The notes beneath the pieces were generated by a model that was not told where the DNA came from, made no database searches, and worked only from the letters and a program-made list of their open reading frames with translations. Shown one piece after another: positions 1-11,379 of a stretch of 64,000 nucleotides of DNA. Source of the stretch: Entomortierella parvispora E1425 (Eukaryota > Fungi > Mortierellomycota); NCBI GenBank assembly GCA_020891255.1, contig BQFW01000014.1, forward strand, positions 2,170,001-2,234,000, written 5' to 3'. The position numbers and the translations under genes were made by a program. The stretch's first letter is position 1. Every line of letters starts with the position of its first letter.

Positions 1-1509
1 ATCAAAGAGGTTGCTACCGACAGTAGCTTCGTCAATCGCAATGGCAAACTGGAAATTTGTTACCGAGGCCTAAACATCACAGAAATAATTCGGTTATTTT
101 GTATTATACGTAGCATTAAAATTATGAGATTCTTTTCACGATACCTTCAGCCGAGCGAAAGCCATTTCAAAGAAAATTCTTAAGGTATCGTAGTCCAACT
201 CGTCTAGGCAATTACTGATCTCCATGATGGACTGTTGTCCATCGTTCAGTTGAGAGAGTAGATAATCTCTGGGAGTGAGGTCCTTCTTCTTTTCAAACAT
301 CAGTATGAGATGGAGGATTCGAGAAGTGAATTCCAGAGCAATAAGTCGATCAGCCTCTGCCTGGCCGTTCTTTGTAGATAATCCGGTCGTCACTGCCAAG
401 TGTTGCATCCTCCAGTATAATCTCATGAAGTTTCGGTCCCCTGTTGGCTCGTCTCCGCTGAACAAAGGACTTCCGTCGTTGCATTCAACATACATCAAGA
501 ACACAGAACTCCCCTCCCGCAATGCTACATCGAAAATAGACCGAGTTTTTCCAGCGCCTGACACTGCAAAAATCACATGCACCGTGGTAAATTTGCATAG
601 CTTGGTGAGTTCCTTGCCCATGTCGCAAGGTCGATCGTTGAGGCGTAAATCCACAAAATCTGTACCACTAAATGGCACTTGAGACCCTGCCTTGCGAAAA
701 CGACCAACACACTCCTGCAGGTGTATAGGATAGAGTTCGGGAGGGTCCCCAATCTTCACGGTTGAGTGAAGTTCTTTGAGCCAATGCTTCCATGTGTGTT
801 GGACAAGTCTTGATCGCTTGGATGGCAACTCGTCTAATAAGAGTAAACAGCGATTATTATATAAATATCATTGTTATAAGAATATCCGCGTACAAAGGAA
901 TAAACAGATTACTCACTCATCTCATCGTCTTCTTCGTAGTTTCTTTTCTTGGCTATAGAAGAAAAGCGAAAACATGGTTGAATTAATGGACATTACAATG
1001 CCACTGGAGGTAGTTAACTACCCGAGAGAGCCCAAATTGCTCTTCAATAGGACTGACGCTGGCTAGTAAGTGCGCTCGGGCCACGGTGGCCAGAATGCAG
1101 AAGATTTTCTTTAAGAGCTACTCTGCAATCTGGCCTCCGGCTAAACTCACACGCGGCAATACGAAAAAACTTGGGGCATACCTTTAGGCTTCTCAACAAG
1201 GACATGGATTGTGTCTGGCAAAACGATTTTAAACATCCTGGAAAGAGTCTCTGTTCCTTTGAGGAGTTTTTTGTCATCAAAACCGGCCGCTGTAATGGTT
1301 TCATCTTCTGTATCGTCCTTGACCAGTATCTCGACTCGCCAGAGAATCAAGTCTACGGCTTTGATTTCTTCAGATGGATTTGAAATCACCTTGAAGATAT
1401 CATCCTTGAGGTCACTGACGTCCGCATCTTTGTCCACAATTGTGACTTCGAAGGCCTTGGACGTGGGCTCGCCGCTGATGAGACAGAAGAGTGCGAGTGT
1501 GTCTTCCAT
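1..1509 (-). CDS. Crinkler (CRN)-type protein: ubiquitin-like header plus P-loop NTPase; runs off the left edge of the window
   Basis: The header reads MEDTLALFCLISGE...DLILWRV...IHVLVEKP (CRN LFC/LWxV/HVLV motifs). Predicted exons are 1509-1182, 952-917 (36 nt, AKKRNYEEDDEM), 833-145 and 69-<1, all with GT-AG boundaries. Walker A is AVSGAGKT and Walker B is IAIDEA in the last exon. Confidence 0.8.
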
Positions 1510-1699
1510 GGATGAGTGATTGCTAGCGGAAGCAGTGTGTGTGAATGGGAGATGGTTCCCCATTTCTTGGCGTCGCGTTAATACATATCGTCACGTGATA
1601 AGCACTGCCACACGACCACAACATCAACCAAAATTTGAATCGACCTACTTCTGGTCCGACAAGGACCGAAAAAAAGGGTCTCCAGACCGAAGCCACGAA

Positions 1700-1890
1700 A
1701 GGAGCAGCGAGAACTCTCACAGATTCTTTGTGTCTGTGGATGGACCGTACAAGAACGAGTACTCCAGCTACAGGGAGTCGGCGGCGTTCCTAAAGGCTTA
1801 CGGCTCTGTTCTTGCAAAAGAGCGGTGTTTTTCGAGCAGATCCGTGAAGGCCAGGCCTGCAAAGAATACTACGACATCGACTGGACACTT
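1700..1890 (+). pseudogene. Degenerate PrimPol-like (archaeo-eukaryotic primase) N-terminal fragment
   Basis: Two overlapping ORFs join across a 1-nt deletion near 1825 to give HRFFVSVDGPYKNEYSSYRESAAFLKAYGSVLAKERC-FFEQIREGQACKEYYDIDW. This resembles PrimPol motif I (hYEhI.EG.PCKhYFDhE). No downstream AEP motifs were recognised. Confidence 0.5.
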
Positions 1891-2399
1891 GCTTTACCCT
1901 GTAGGTCCTTGTCTTTTTTTTTTTGCCGCAGCTTCATCCCAAGATGTCACAGAGGCAGAAAGAAGAATAGGCCCAAGGCCTTGCCCTCGATCATGTCCTG
2001 TGCCCTCCTCTTCCTCCCCGCCGCTTTTTTCTCTGTCCTCTGTTGTCTTCCTCCGCGGATCCTGCTCCTTCCTCGACCGTTCCTACTCATCTCCTTCAGC
2101 TTTATTCCATTTGAGTCCCGCATTGGTTATGAATGGGCCAGAGAAGAACGAGATGATAGAAGCAGGCAGAAGGTGGAGGTCGTTCTAGTCGAGGATAACC
2201 GAGAGTGGGCATATGAGTGTGGATCAGAGGAAGCGGTGTACATGGACACCTGGACAGGGCAACATTGACGGGCAGAATGGCCAAGGGCATCGAGGTTGCG
2301 AAAGAGGCCATAGGTGCAGCCATGGTCGACTAGTCTGCAGACGAGCAGGAGGGACATTGGTCGGGAGTTGAGGCGCAGGTGCAATGGGCTCTAGGGTTC

Positions 2400-2868
2400 G
2401 TCCAAGGCGGAGATCCATTATTGGGGTGACGCGTACCGGATGTCAGCCTAGGTTCGTGACAAAGAGGGCATCCAAACGCTCTATAAACGGGCTAGGCTTA
2501 AGTGTAGCAGTATCACCGTGGAGACCATTGCCGGTTTTGCTGAAAGATCTTGTTAGAATAAGAGCCATAATCTGCTTCCATTTCAGGGCAGTAAATGTCA
2601 GGTTACCAATATTGCGAAGATTCTTGGATAGCTCTTAAACGAAGAACTTGGCTAGGGTATCGTAAGCCTTAGTATCGAAGACGCCTTTTGTAGCGCGATG
2701 GTTGTAGAGCAGCGAATAGTTCTCTGGCTCCTCGACGAAAGCAACCAAGACACCTTGTTGAAAGATCGTGAGTTGACTGGCATTTCGTTTTTTCGTTTCT
2801 TGCTCGGGTTTGGAGTTATGATGGCCATTCTGGTAAAGGCTGCTGGTGAACAAACAAAATAAAACCAT
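2400..2868 (-). pseudogene. Degenerate Myb/SANT-like DNA-binding protein remnant (PIF/Harbinger-accessory type)
   Basis: FVEEPENYSLLY...KAYDTLAKFF, then after a frame change KWKQIM...KTGNGL...PFIERLDALF. This fits the W..p.Ny / TG.G / F.rLd.lf pattern of fungal Myb/SANT-like proteins. The remnant is interrupted by stops. Confidence 0.35.
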
Positions 2869-3119
2869 TCGATTTTGTTTTGCGATTATTTATCGCAAGG
2901 AGGAGTCACTTTTCTTCAAGGGCCGTGGTGTTCAAGCTGTCCTGCATACACGCTTGATACACGCCCAGGGTACATAACTGGATCATCATTGGTTTTCCAC
3001 CTTTTAACCAAGTATTTTTTATTTTATCATTTCATCATTTGAAGGAAATACAAATCCACAGAGACAATAAAAAGGGCTTCCTTGAGTGACTTCAATGAAA
3101 AAATGACAGAGTAAGATGC

Positions 3120-5196
3120 CTACAGATTGTTTTCGCCAGAGGGAGACTCACCAGCATTGACGGTTGTTTTGTCGCCATTCGGAGCGGCGATAACGAATCT
3201 CGTGCAGTCCTTGTTGTGCATAATGTTCACCACAGATACATTGGCAGGTATGTCCAAGAGCGGGACTGGAGTTGAATGACCTTCCAGGTAGAAATTGACG
3301 AGACAGACTGGGATATCGTAGAAAACGGCGTACTTCGAAGCCTGTTGGAGATGATCTTTGAAATCAGGCTGGCTAATCGCGTTAACCTTCAGCTCGTACC
3401 CAAACAGCTTTTGACCGTCTTCTGTCAACATCAAATCGATGCGATCCTTGTTTTTCGCCTTCGCCTCGAACAAACACATCATTGTTGTAGGAGTTACAGG
3501 AAGCAGACCGTTGAGAGCAGAAAAAAGCGCTACTTGAAAGGCACACTCCTGAGGGCCATACTTGTTCCGCGCCAGTGGATCGGCGACCGTAGAAGGAGAG
3601 ATACATTGCAATCCAAGCTTTAGCATGTTGCGTCGATGCAGATACGCAGGATAATGCCACTCGTGAACCGGACAATCCTGTCATTGCGAGAGTCGAGGAT
3701 ACCAATGTTAAGGAGATATCGGTTGAAATCGTCAGGAGTGAACGCCCATTCCTCCAGCTGGTTTTTTGTTAGGTCGCGAACTTGAGCTTGTTGTTCGGGG
3801 TTCATCGACTTCAAATTCGTTCTGAGCTTTGTTTGGGTCCCGTTGAGTAAAGAGTCGATATTCTCCTGCAGTAGAGTAGCCCAACTATCCTCGTCTGGGT
3901 GATGCTGCAAAACAAGTTTGAGCAGCACCATGAATGAGGCAGGGTGACCTCCGGACTCATGCATGATCTTGTCTTCAATCTTCGCAGAGATACCGGCCGG
4001 GTCGCAGTGCTCCTTGTACAAGTCAAAGAGTATGCCCATCTCCCTGAGATCGAAGGGTGGCATCCCGGCGAAGACAGCCTTATTAAATGGGGGCTCCATC
4101 TTTCCGTCGTCGAGCAAGAGTTCCTTGAGTTTAAATGTACCCACGGCGACATATGATACCGCTCTCTTATTCGAGAGATTTCTGAAAAAAAATTTAGCAG
4201 CATTTAAGAGAATAGAGGACCTGAAGATCGATTGGAATTCGTCCACAAGAACGTAATGACGAGGCCTTGGAGGGAGTTCTTGGAGCTTGGCCGTCAGGTC
4301 TTCCCAAGATAGTTTCTGATGGAAAACTCGGAACGACCAAAACCGAGACAGTGCGTCCAACACTGCGACTTCATCTTGAGCGTCACTTGGGAGACCCAAA
4401 TCGGACATATCGAAATATACGACTGCAGCCTCGTTAGGGTTTCTCTCGAGTTCAGCTTGTATTGCCATCAGAAGGGACGTTTTTCCAGATTGGTACGGGC
4501 CATGAACAACAAAAGAGTTTCCACAGCAGATACCTTGGAGAACTTCCTCAAAGAGAATCCGCTCGGTGAACGGGAGCATCAATGAAGGGCTACTCCACTG
4601 CACCGGCCCTGCAATTGTAATATGCGAGCGGGCTCTCTTTGCATCGCGGTCATCCAAGGCTAATATTTGAACGAGTTGTTGGAGGGAGATTAGAACATCA
4701 TTCAAAAGCTGGATATAGCACGAAGTGGATATAAACGAGAGCGTCTGGTGGAATTCTTACCTTTAGTGGACAATCTCTTCCGAGAAATGTAATTGCTGAC
4801 AGGAGAAGATTGGGCTGAGCAAAAGGAAATACATTTCATTAGTCGCCTCAGATGACCACTGCACGAACAATTAGAGGAAGGCAAAGCTGCATTACCTGGT
4901 GGGTTTTGGACGAGGATATAGGTGCCTGCATCAAGTGCAAGACTGGAAACAAGTTCTTCTGGATCAAGCTCCACTTTTTCGGGTAGCTTCTCGACCTCAA
5001 GTATGCTCTTCTTGTCAATGTCATGAGGCTTGGACCATTTGTAGAGGGTGAGATCCATCGATGGTGTTTGAAGGTCCAATTTAACGTTGATGGCCTTTTG
5101 GAGGTCCTCAACGTCGGGATGGGTTTCGGTAAGAGTGACCGAGAAGGGTTTATCAACGGCTCTTCCATCGACGAGGCACCAGTATTTTCGTCCCAT
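3120..5196 (-). pseudogene. CRN-type gene: header + AAA-like NTPase + PD-(D/E)xK nuclease, frameshifted between NTPase and nuclease
   Basis: Predicted exons are 5196-4896 (header MGRKYWCLVDG...LTLYKW...YILVQNPP), 4795-4761 and 4708 onward. Walker A is GPYQSGKT and Walker B is VLVDEFQ. The nuclease motif RIDLML...GYELKV lies in the 3626-3120 ORF, which is in a different frame, with no usable intron at 3620-3626. Confidence 0.7.
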
Positions 5197-5388
5197 GGTG
5201 AAAAGCGGCGCGGTCAGAAAAGCGCGACGTGGCATGGTCAATGCGATGGACGCAGCTCATGCGATTCTGATTGCCGTGAACCACTTCGGTGACATCATTC
5301 AGGCACCCATTGTGCGGCCCTTGATATAAAAAATGAAAAAAAAGGCGCTTCGTGCATCCACGCCCCCATTCATCCATCTGCTGCTCCT

Positions 5389-5436
5389 CCCTCTCTTCCT
5401 CCCTCTCTTCCTCCCTCTCTTCCTCCCTCTCTTCCT
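5389..5436. repeat. 12-bp tandem repeat (CCCTCTCTTCCT)x4
   Basis: Seen directly, in the divergent intergenic region between the CRN and nucleoporin genes. Confidence 0.9.
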
Positions 5437-5602
5437 CTCGCTCCGCCCTGTCCTTCCCCCACCGTCGTTCCATTTTGTCCTTTCCCCTCCTTGGCCTTTA
5501 AATCATCATCCACTCTCGGCATTTTCACCCTCGGTCGGTCGTCCGCATTTAGATTCGATCGACTGATCTCCCCTCCTCCCGAACTTCGACACTCTTTCGA
5601 CC

Positions 5603-8600
5603 ATGGAGCAGTCGGGCACTAGCAAGCGCTTCCAGCCCTATGCACGTCCACGCGCCACTGCACGTCGACAGCAGGCGCCTCCCGCTGTCCAGGAATATCC
5701 TCAGGTAATAAACCCATCGTCAACATCCAGGGCCGCGGAAATTGCGCGTAGCCCTTTTTTTGTATATAAGTCGTGGTACCAGCCATCGACGCGTTCCTCC
5801 CGAGAATCATTGGCAATGGACCCCATCTGAACTCAGAGCAAGAAGAATGGCTACTAAAATGTAACATCATTGCACCCTCCCCCATGGTAGAACATCCCTA
5901 CCGTGATTGTAAACTTCCTCAAGAGCACACTTAGCTTCTTGGGAATCACTGGTAACGATAAGGATGCACTGGACAAGGAGCTCAACACGACCAACGGGGA
6001 TTTCGAAATTCTCCCAGACGCCCATAGAGAAGGGCATAATGGTGGAGAAGGCAATGTCACACTCGAGGGACGTGAAGACAACTTGTACCCAGATCTTGGG
6101 TTTACCGATGATTTGCGCGAGAAGGAGACAGATCTTCGCTTCTATATCGATGCAGCCAGAAGCATGAACAAGGTACGCTTTGCGTTGTGCCACTGTTTTT
6201 CGAATTATCCAGGAAGAGCCAGCGCCAATGTTGACCCTTTCACCTTGTTGATATTAGCGGCCGGCAATGGACCAACCAGGAAGAATGTCGTCTAGCCAAC
6301 GCCATAAACTCATGAGAAGTCTTCAGGGCAGCCAGGTAAAAACTGTCTCTAAACTAACAAAAAAATATTGGACAGTGTATGGACTGTTTTTAACGATGCA
6401 TCCTTCATCCTTTATTTTCCATAATAGTCTGAGGACAATTCAATGGAGTCCAGCCGGTTTGCAGTGGATGACGAGCTTCCTTTCTCTGTCGACAATAAGG
6501 ACGAGAAGTCTCACCACGCGGTCTCGACAGTTGAGCCTGAGGTCACTGAAGCAGGCTTGATGGAGGAAGAAGATGGTAGGTTGGCTGGGATGTTTCAACC
6601 CGAAACCTTTTCCTTTGAATGACAGATCGCTAACATATTCATATTTTACAGATCTCGCGGGGTTACTATCCCCAGCAGAGCTCCGACTTTTGGGTCGCAT
6701 GCGACAGGTCACAGAAGCCCCATTCGAGGTTGGTAGCATAGCATGGACTATTGTTGTTAATAGTGAAAGCGACTGATGTCGAAATGCTAAACCTTTGTCA
6801 CATGCTAATAGAAGGCCAGGAAAAACTCATTGCGTCGTCAAGACACACGAATCCTCGAGGAGACCCTTCGACGTTATCATCCCACAGCTTACTCTGTCAT
6901 TCGCGTAAGCCTTTTTGAAAATAATTCGCGTGCTTGCATTTTTTATGGACTGGACTTAATATTGAGTTGGTGTTGCTTTTCCCTATTGTACATATAGCGT
7001 GCACACCAGGAAGACGAGCCCGCCTCAAAACCCAGCCCAAGGCCGCTGGACACCATCATGCCTTACAACAAAGAATATCGTCGTCAACGCGTTACACGTG
7101 CGCCCACTCTCCCAGTCAGAGAAACCATGGACACTGGAAGCGGCGGTTCTGATGCTGATGAATCAGAGCCCCCAAAAAATGACGACGATGACGATGATAC
7201 TCACCAAAGGACCTTTTCGACCTCTCGTACACCTCGCCGTTCAGAGGTAGCAGCAGCAGCAGCAGCAGCCATTACAACCGCGGCGGCTGCGGTAGCAGCC
7301 TCAGCTGTTCATTATCACAACAAGCACCAACGTACATCCAGAGGGGGCCTACAAATCAAATCTCAAGTGACTCCCGAACGTCATGTCCGTTCCATTCCGG
7401 GTCGCTTTTCTGCACTTGATTCAGACGATGAGGAAGAGGCATTGCGCCAATATGATCAGGAGAAGGTAAGCGCTAATTTCTAAGAGCCGAAGTATACTGA
7501 AAACAATTCTGGCCTCTAACACACGAACTCACTTTACTAATAGCATTTGCGACCAACTCAGCACAGCCAAAATGTTGCCCCTGCACCATATGGCCTGGGG
7601 CATTCTGAGACACGAGGAATCAATGGAAACCAAACCTTTTCAGGATTCAGGGTCCCACCACAGCTCTACCCAACACTCAATTATGGTCAACGTACAAGAC
7701 TTTATCATCCTAGACTGGAAGAAACCCTCAAATGGACTTCGTCCCCTAGCACTAATAACAAGTGCGACACATGCCAAGGAAAGACTGTTCCGAGCACCTC
7801 CGGTTCTACCCTGGAATCAGAGCCCCGTGTCAGCTTTGCTCTTTCGCCAGCCCAAACCACAACGTCAGCGACATCGGCAACATTGGCAACCTCTGCAACC
7901 TCTGCAACCTCGGCAGCGGGATCGCTATTTGGCATCAAAGACGACAGTGCTTCAAAAATCGCTGATAAGCCAACAGAAGCAAAGTCTGCGGCCCCTTCTC
8001 TGTTCACACCTTCGTTTGGCGGCGCGTCGACTACGCCCCCAATGGCGCTGTCGACTGGTAAAGGCAATGAGGCGGCCTCTAAACCGACCACTGCCCCTGC
8101 TGGGGCGTCGATTTGGGGCCCTGTGACCGACAGCGGGGACAAGTGGAAGTGCCCAACATGCGACGTCAAAAATAAGAATGAGCTGGACAAGTGCCCCTGC
8201 TGCGAAACAGCCAAACCTGGTGCTAAGAAGACCACAGCGCCTTCCCTCTTTGGCCCTCCCTCTGCGACACCCTCGACTTCTGGCACAGCACCCTCCCTGT
8301 TTCCTCCGGTCGTACCCTCCGCTTCGACAACTTCCACAGCCTCTCCCGCGGCTCCCCTGTTTACTTTTGGCAGTTCTTCTTCAACCTCTACTGATGCTAC
8401 TAAAGCTCCCGCGGCTGCACCACTGTTTGGCGGGTTTGCTGCCCCTTCTGCAAGTTCTGCAGCCAAGCCAGCGGCTCCCCCCGCGCTTTTCGGGGCACCA
8501 TCCACTAGTACTGCAGCACCAGCAGCTTCCACTCCAACAACTGCAGCAGGATCGTCTTCAACGACAGCATCCATCTGGGGAGCGGCTCCAAGTGATGACA

Positions 8601-10620
8601 AATGGAAGTGCCCTACCTGCGACGTAAGAAATAAGCCAGAGGACACAAAGTGCCCCTGTTGTGACACCGCAAAGCCCGGTGCGCCTGCTGCATCCGCTGC
8701 CGCTGCACCTGCTTCGTCCCTCTTTGGGTTAAAGCCACCAGCGACGACCTCTTCAGCTTCGTCTGCACCCCCCTTGTTTGGAGGATTTAAGCCCACCGTA
8801 GCCGCAGCGACCACCTCGTCTTTGGCCAGTGCATCTACCACAGCTGCAGTTCCCGCATTTGGAGGATTCACCCCCTCCCTGTCGACAAGTGCAGCACCCG
8901 CAACGCCCTCCCTCTTTGGAGCACCTTCGACGGCTGCTCCAGCAGCGACAACTGCGGAGAGCAGCAAGCCTCCAATCTTCTCATTTGGAGCATCTGGAGA
9001 CGCCAAGGAGAAGGCGCCTCCTTCTTTCACTTTTGGATCGACCGGCTCTGCCACTCCATCCTCACCAGCCACAACCACTGCTGCGTCTGCTGCCACTGCC
9101 ACGCCTTCTGCTGCAAACCCATTTGCTCCAGCTTCATCAGCTAGCTCGCCCTTCGTGTTTGGAGCTGCACCAGCATCCGCATCCACCACTGAGGTAAGTA
9201 TTTTTCTCTGAGCATGGTGTGTCTCTCTGTCGTCGGGTATTAATACCATATTAATTTAATATTTAATCGCACGTGCCCATAGGAGCCCAAGAAGACAAAA
9301 GCGCCAACCTTTAGTTTTGGTGCCTCTGGCACATCCACCTCACCCGCGCCTCTTTTTGGAGCTGCCTCGACGACGACCCCCTCGTCGCCCTTTGGATCGA
9401 CCACCACGGCCACCTCTGCCCCTCCTCTCTTTGGGGCGACTTCGGCTGCTGCCCCTAGTATCTCGTTTGGATCGACATCTTCGACATTTGGCTCTGGAGC
9501 TCCCACCACCTCCGCCCCTCTATTCGGAGCAGGTGCAGCGACGACTGCCTCGCCATTCGGGGCTTCAACAGGTGCCTCTTCCGCTCCATCCTTCGGTTCA
9601 AGCTCGGCCACTACAGCTCCCTCCACTACTTCCATGTTTGGATCATCTACGAGCGCACCCTTGTCCACGCCCTCATTTGGGGCAGCTCCTACCACAGCGA
9701 CAGCAACGCCTATGTACTCGAGCACTTTTACATTTGGTGCTGGAGCGAGTTCAAGTGGCGGTTTTAGTGGGTTTGGGTCCTCCTCCGCACCTGCTGCTAA
9801 CGCTGCCAACTCAATGATGTCGCCTCCTATGACACACGCAACTCCTGCAGTTAGTACAGCAACCCCAAGCTTTACATTTGGATCTGGCCCTGTTGCATTT
9901 GGTGCGTCTTCTACCCCAGCTTTCGGAGCTTCAGCTGCGCCTGCCTTTGGCGCATCAGCTGCACCTGCCTTTGGCGCATCAGCTGCACCAGCATTTGGAG
10001 CATCTGCCGCTCCCGCATTCGGAGCATCCGCCACCCCTGCTTTCGGAGCAGCTGCAACCCCTGCATTCGGAGCAGCTGCAACCCCTGCATTCGGAGCATC
10101 TGCTGCTCCAGCCTTTGGATCCTCAGCTGCACCTGCTTTTGGGGCATCGGCTGGTTCTGGATTTGGTGGCAATGCGTCTGGTTCTCAAACAGCCTCTTTC
10201 GGTCAGTCAGGGTTCGGAAGCGGTCAAAGCACCATGAACTCTGGAGGGTTTGGGCAGAGCAATGGAGGGACAGGGTTTGGAGGACTTGGTAGTGGTGCAT
10301 CAGCCACTCCTACCTCCTTTGGTGCACAAGGAAGCAATGGTGGATCGTTTGTGACACTTGCCAATAATACAGGAACGGGCTTTGGAGCGCCTGGAGGATC
10401 CTCGGGGTTCGGAGGGCCGATGGGCGCTCAACAGGGCAGCTTTGGATTTGGAGGAGGTGCCACTGCTCCAGGAGGACCTCAGTATCAGCAACAACAGAAC
10501 GCCATGGGCGCTGGAGGTGCGGCACCCGGTGGTGGATTTGCCTTCCATGTTGGAGCTGCTCCAGCAGAGGCCTCAACACAAAACCGTAAGATCGCAAAGA
10601 TGAGAAAGAAGAGACAATAG
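5603..10620 (+). CDS. FG-repeat nuclear basket nucleoporin (Nup1/Nup124/Nup153-like) with two RanBP2-type zinc fingers; multi-exon
   Basis: N-terminal RFQPYARP; two W-x-C-x2-C...C-x2-C fingers (WKCPTCDVKNKNELDKCPCCETAKP and WKCPTCDVRNKPEDTKCPCCDTAKP); many LFG/FSFG/PAFG repeats; basic C-terminus RKIAKMRKKRQ. The intron at 9194-9282 joins the 7547 and 9634 ORFs in frame. Upstream GT-AG introns begin near 5705, 6173, 6340, 6577, 6728, 6905 and 7466. Confidence 0.85.
9900..10145 (+). repeat. 24-bp coding minisatellite (about 10 units of ASAAPAFG)
   Basis: Visible in both the DNA and the translation of the 9634 ORF. Confidence 0.85.
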
Positions 10621-11379
10621 GCAAGAGGGACATGACCACCACAACCTTAGACCCATCCATCCCGCAATACTCTTTTTAAAATCACCTTTTCCATCCCCAC
10701 CTCCATCCCTCTTCCCTGCCCCATTCATTCATTTCGTATTCATTTTCTCATTCCCTTGTAAAAAAGAACCTTCAATAAAGAAGACCCTTGTCCACTTTCA
10801 TCTCTTCTTCTTCTCCTTGCAACTACGCCCACCCGTGACAGACTGTCCAACTTTCCTCCAATCCGATTCGGTCACACAATGCGCCGTGCCCGAGAGGCCG
10901 ATAAATTTTTTCATCGGACAAATCGCGTGCGGCGGTCTTGGAAGGGGCGGTCACGGGCGCAGGACGCGGTCTTTGACTGACACAGGGCCCTCGAAACCTG
11001 ATCCTCTTGACCCACCTGGTCCCCGTGGGGCGACAGAGCCGACTGAGGTGGGTATGGGGCTGGCTGCGGTCTTGTCTTCTCTTGCCTCTTCACTCTCTTT
11101 TTCCTTTTCACAACACATTCCCGACTTGTATTTATTGTCTTTCTTCATCGTCATCCAACGACTGCCCACCTCGACACGTTTCTGTAAGAGACCACTGGAA
11201 CCTTCATGACGTGTAGAGTCTTGCTTACTTTGGCCGCCACTCACTGACAACACTGTCCTCGTTCATATCTATCTTCTTTTTCTTTCTCACGCCTCTCAGT
11301 AGCCCCATACCCCCCCCCCCCCTCCCTCAACACACACACTACATACTGCCAACGACGTCTTCTTCTTCAATTTGATACC

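Noticed and set aside
7705-10172. Long minus-strand ORFs (514 aa, 310 aa)
   Set aside because: Antisense shadows of the Ala/Ser/Thr/Pro-rich nucleoporin exons; they mirror its codons and have no independent motifs.
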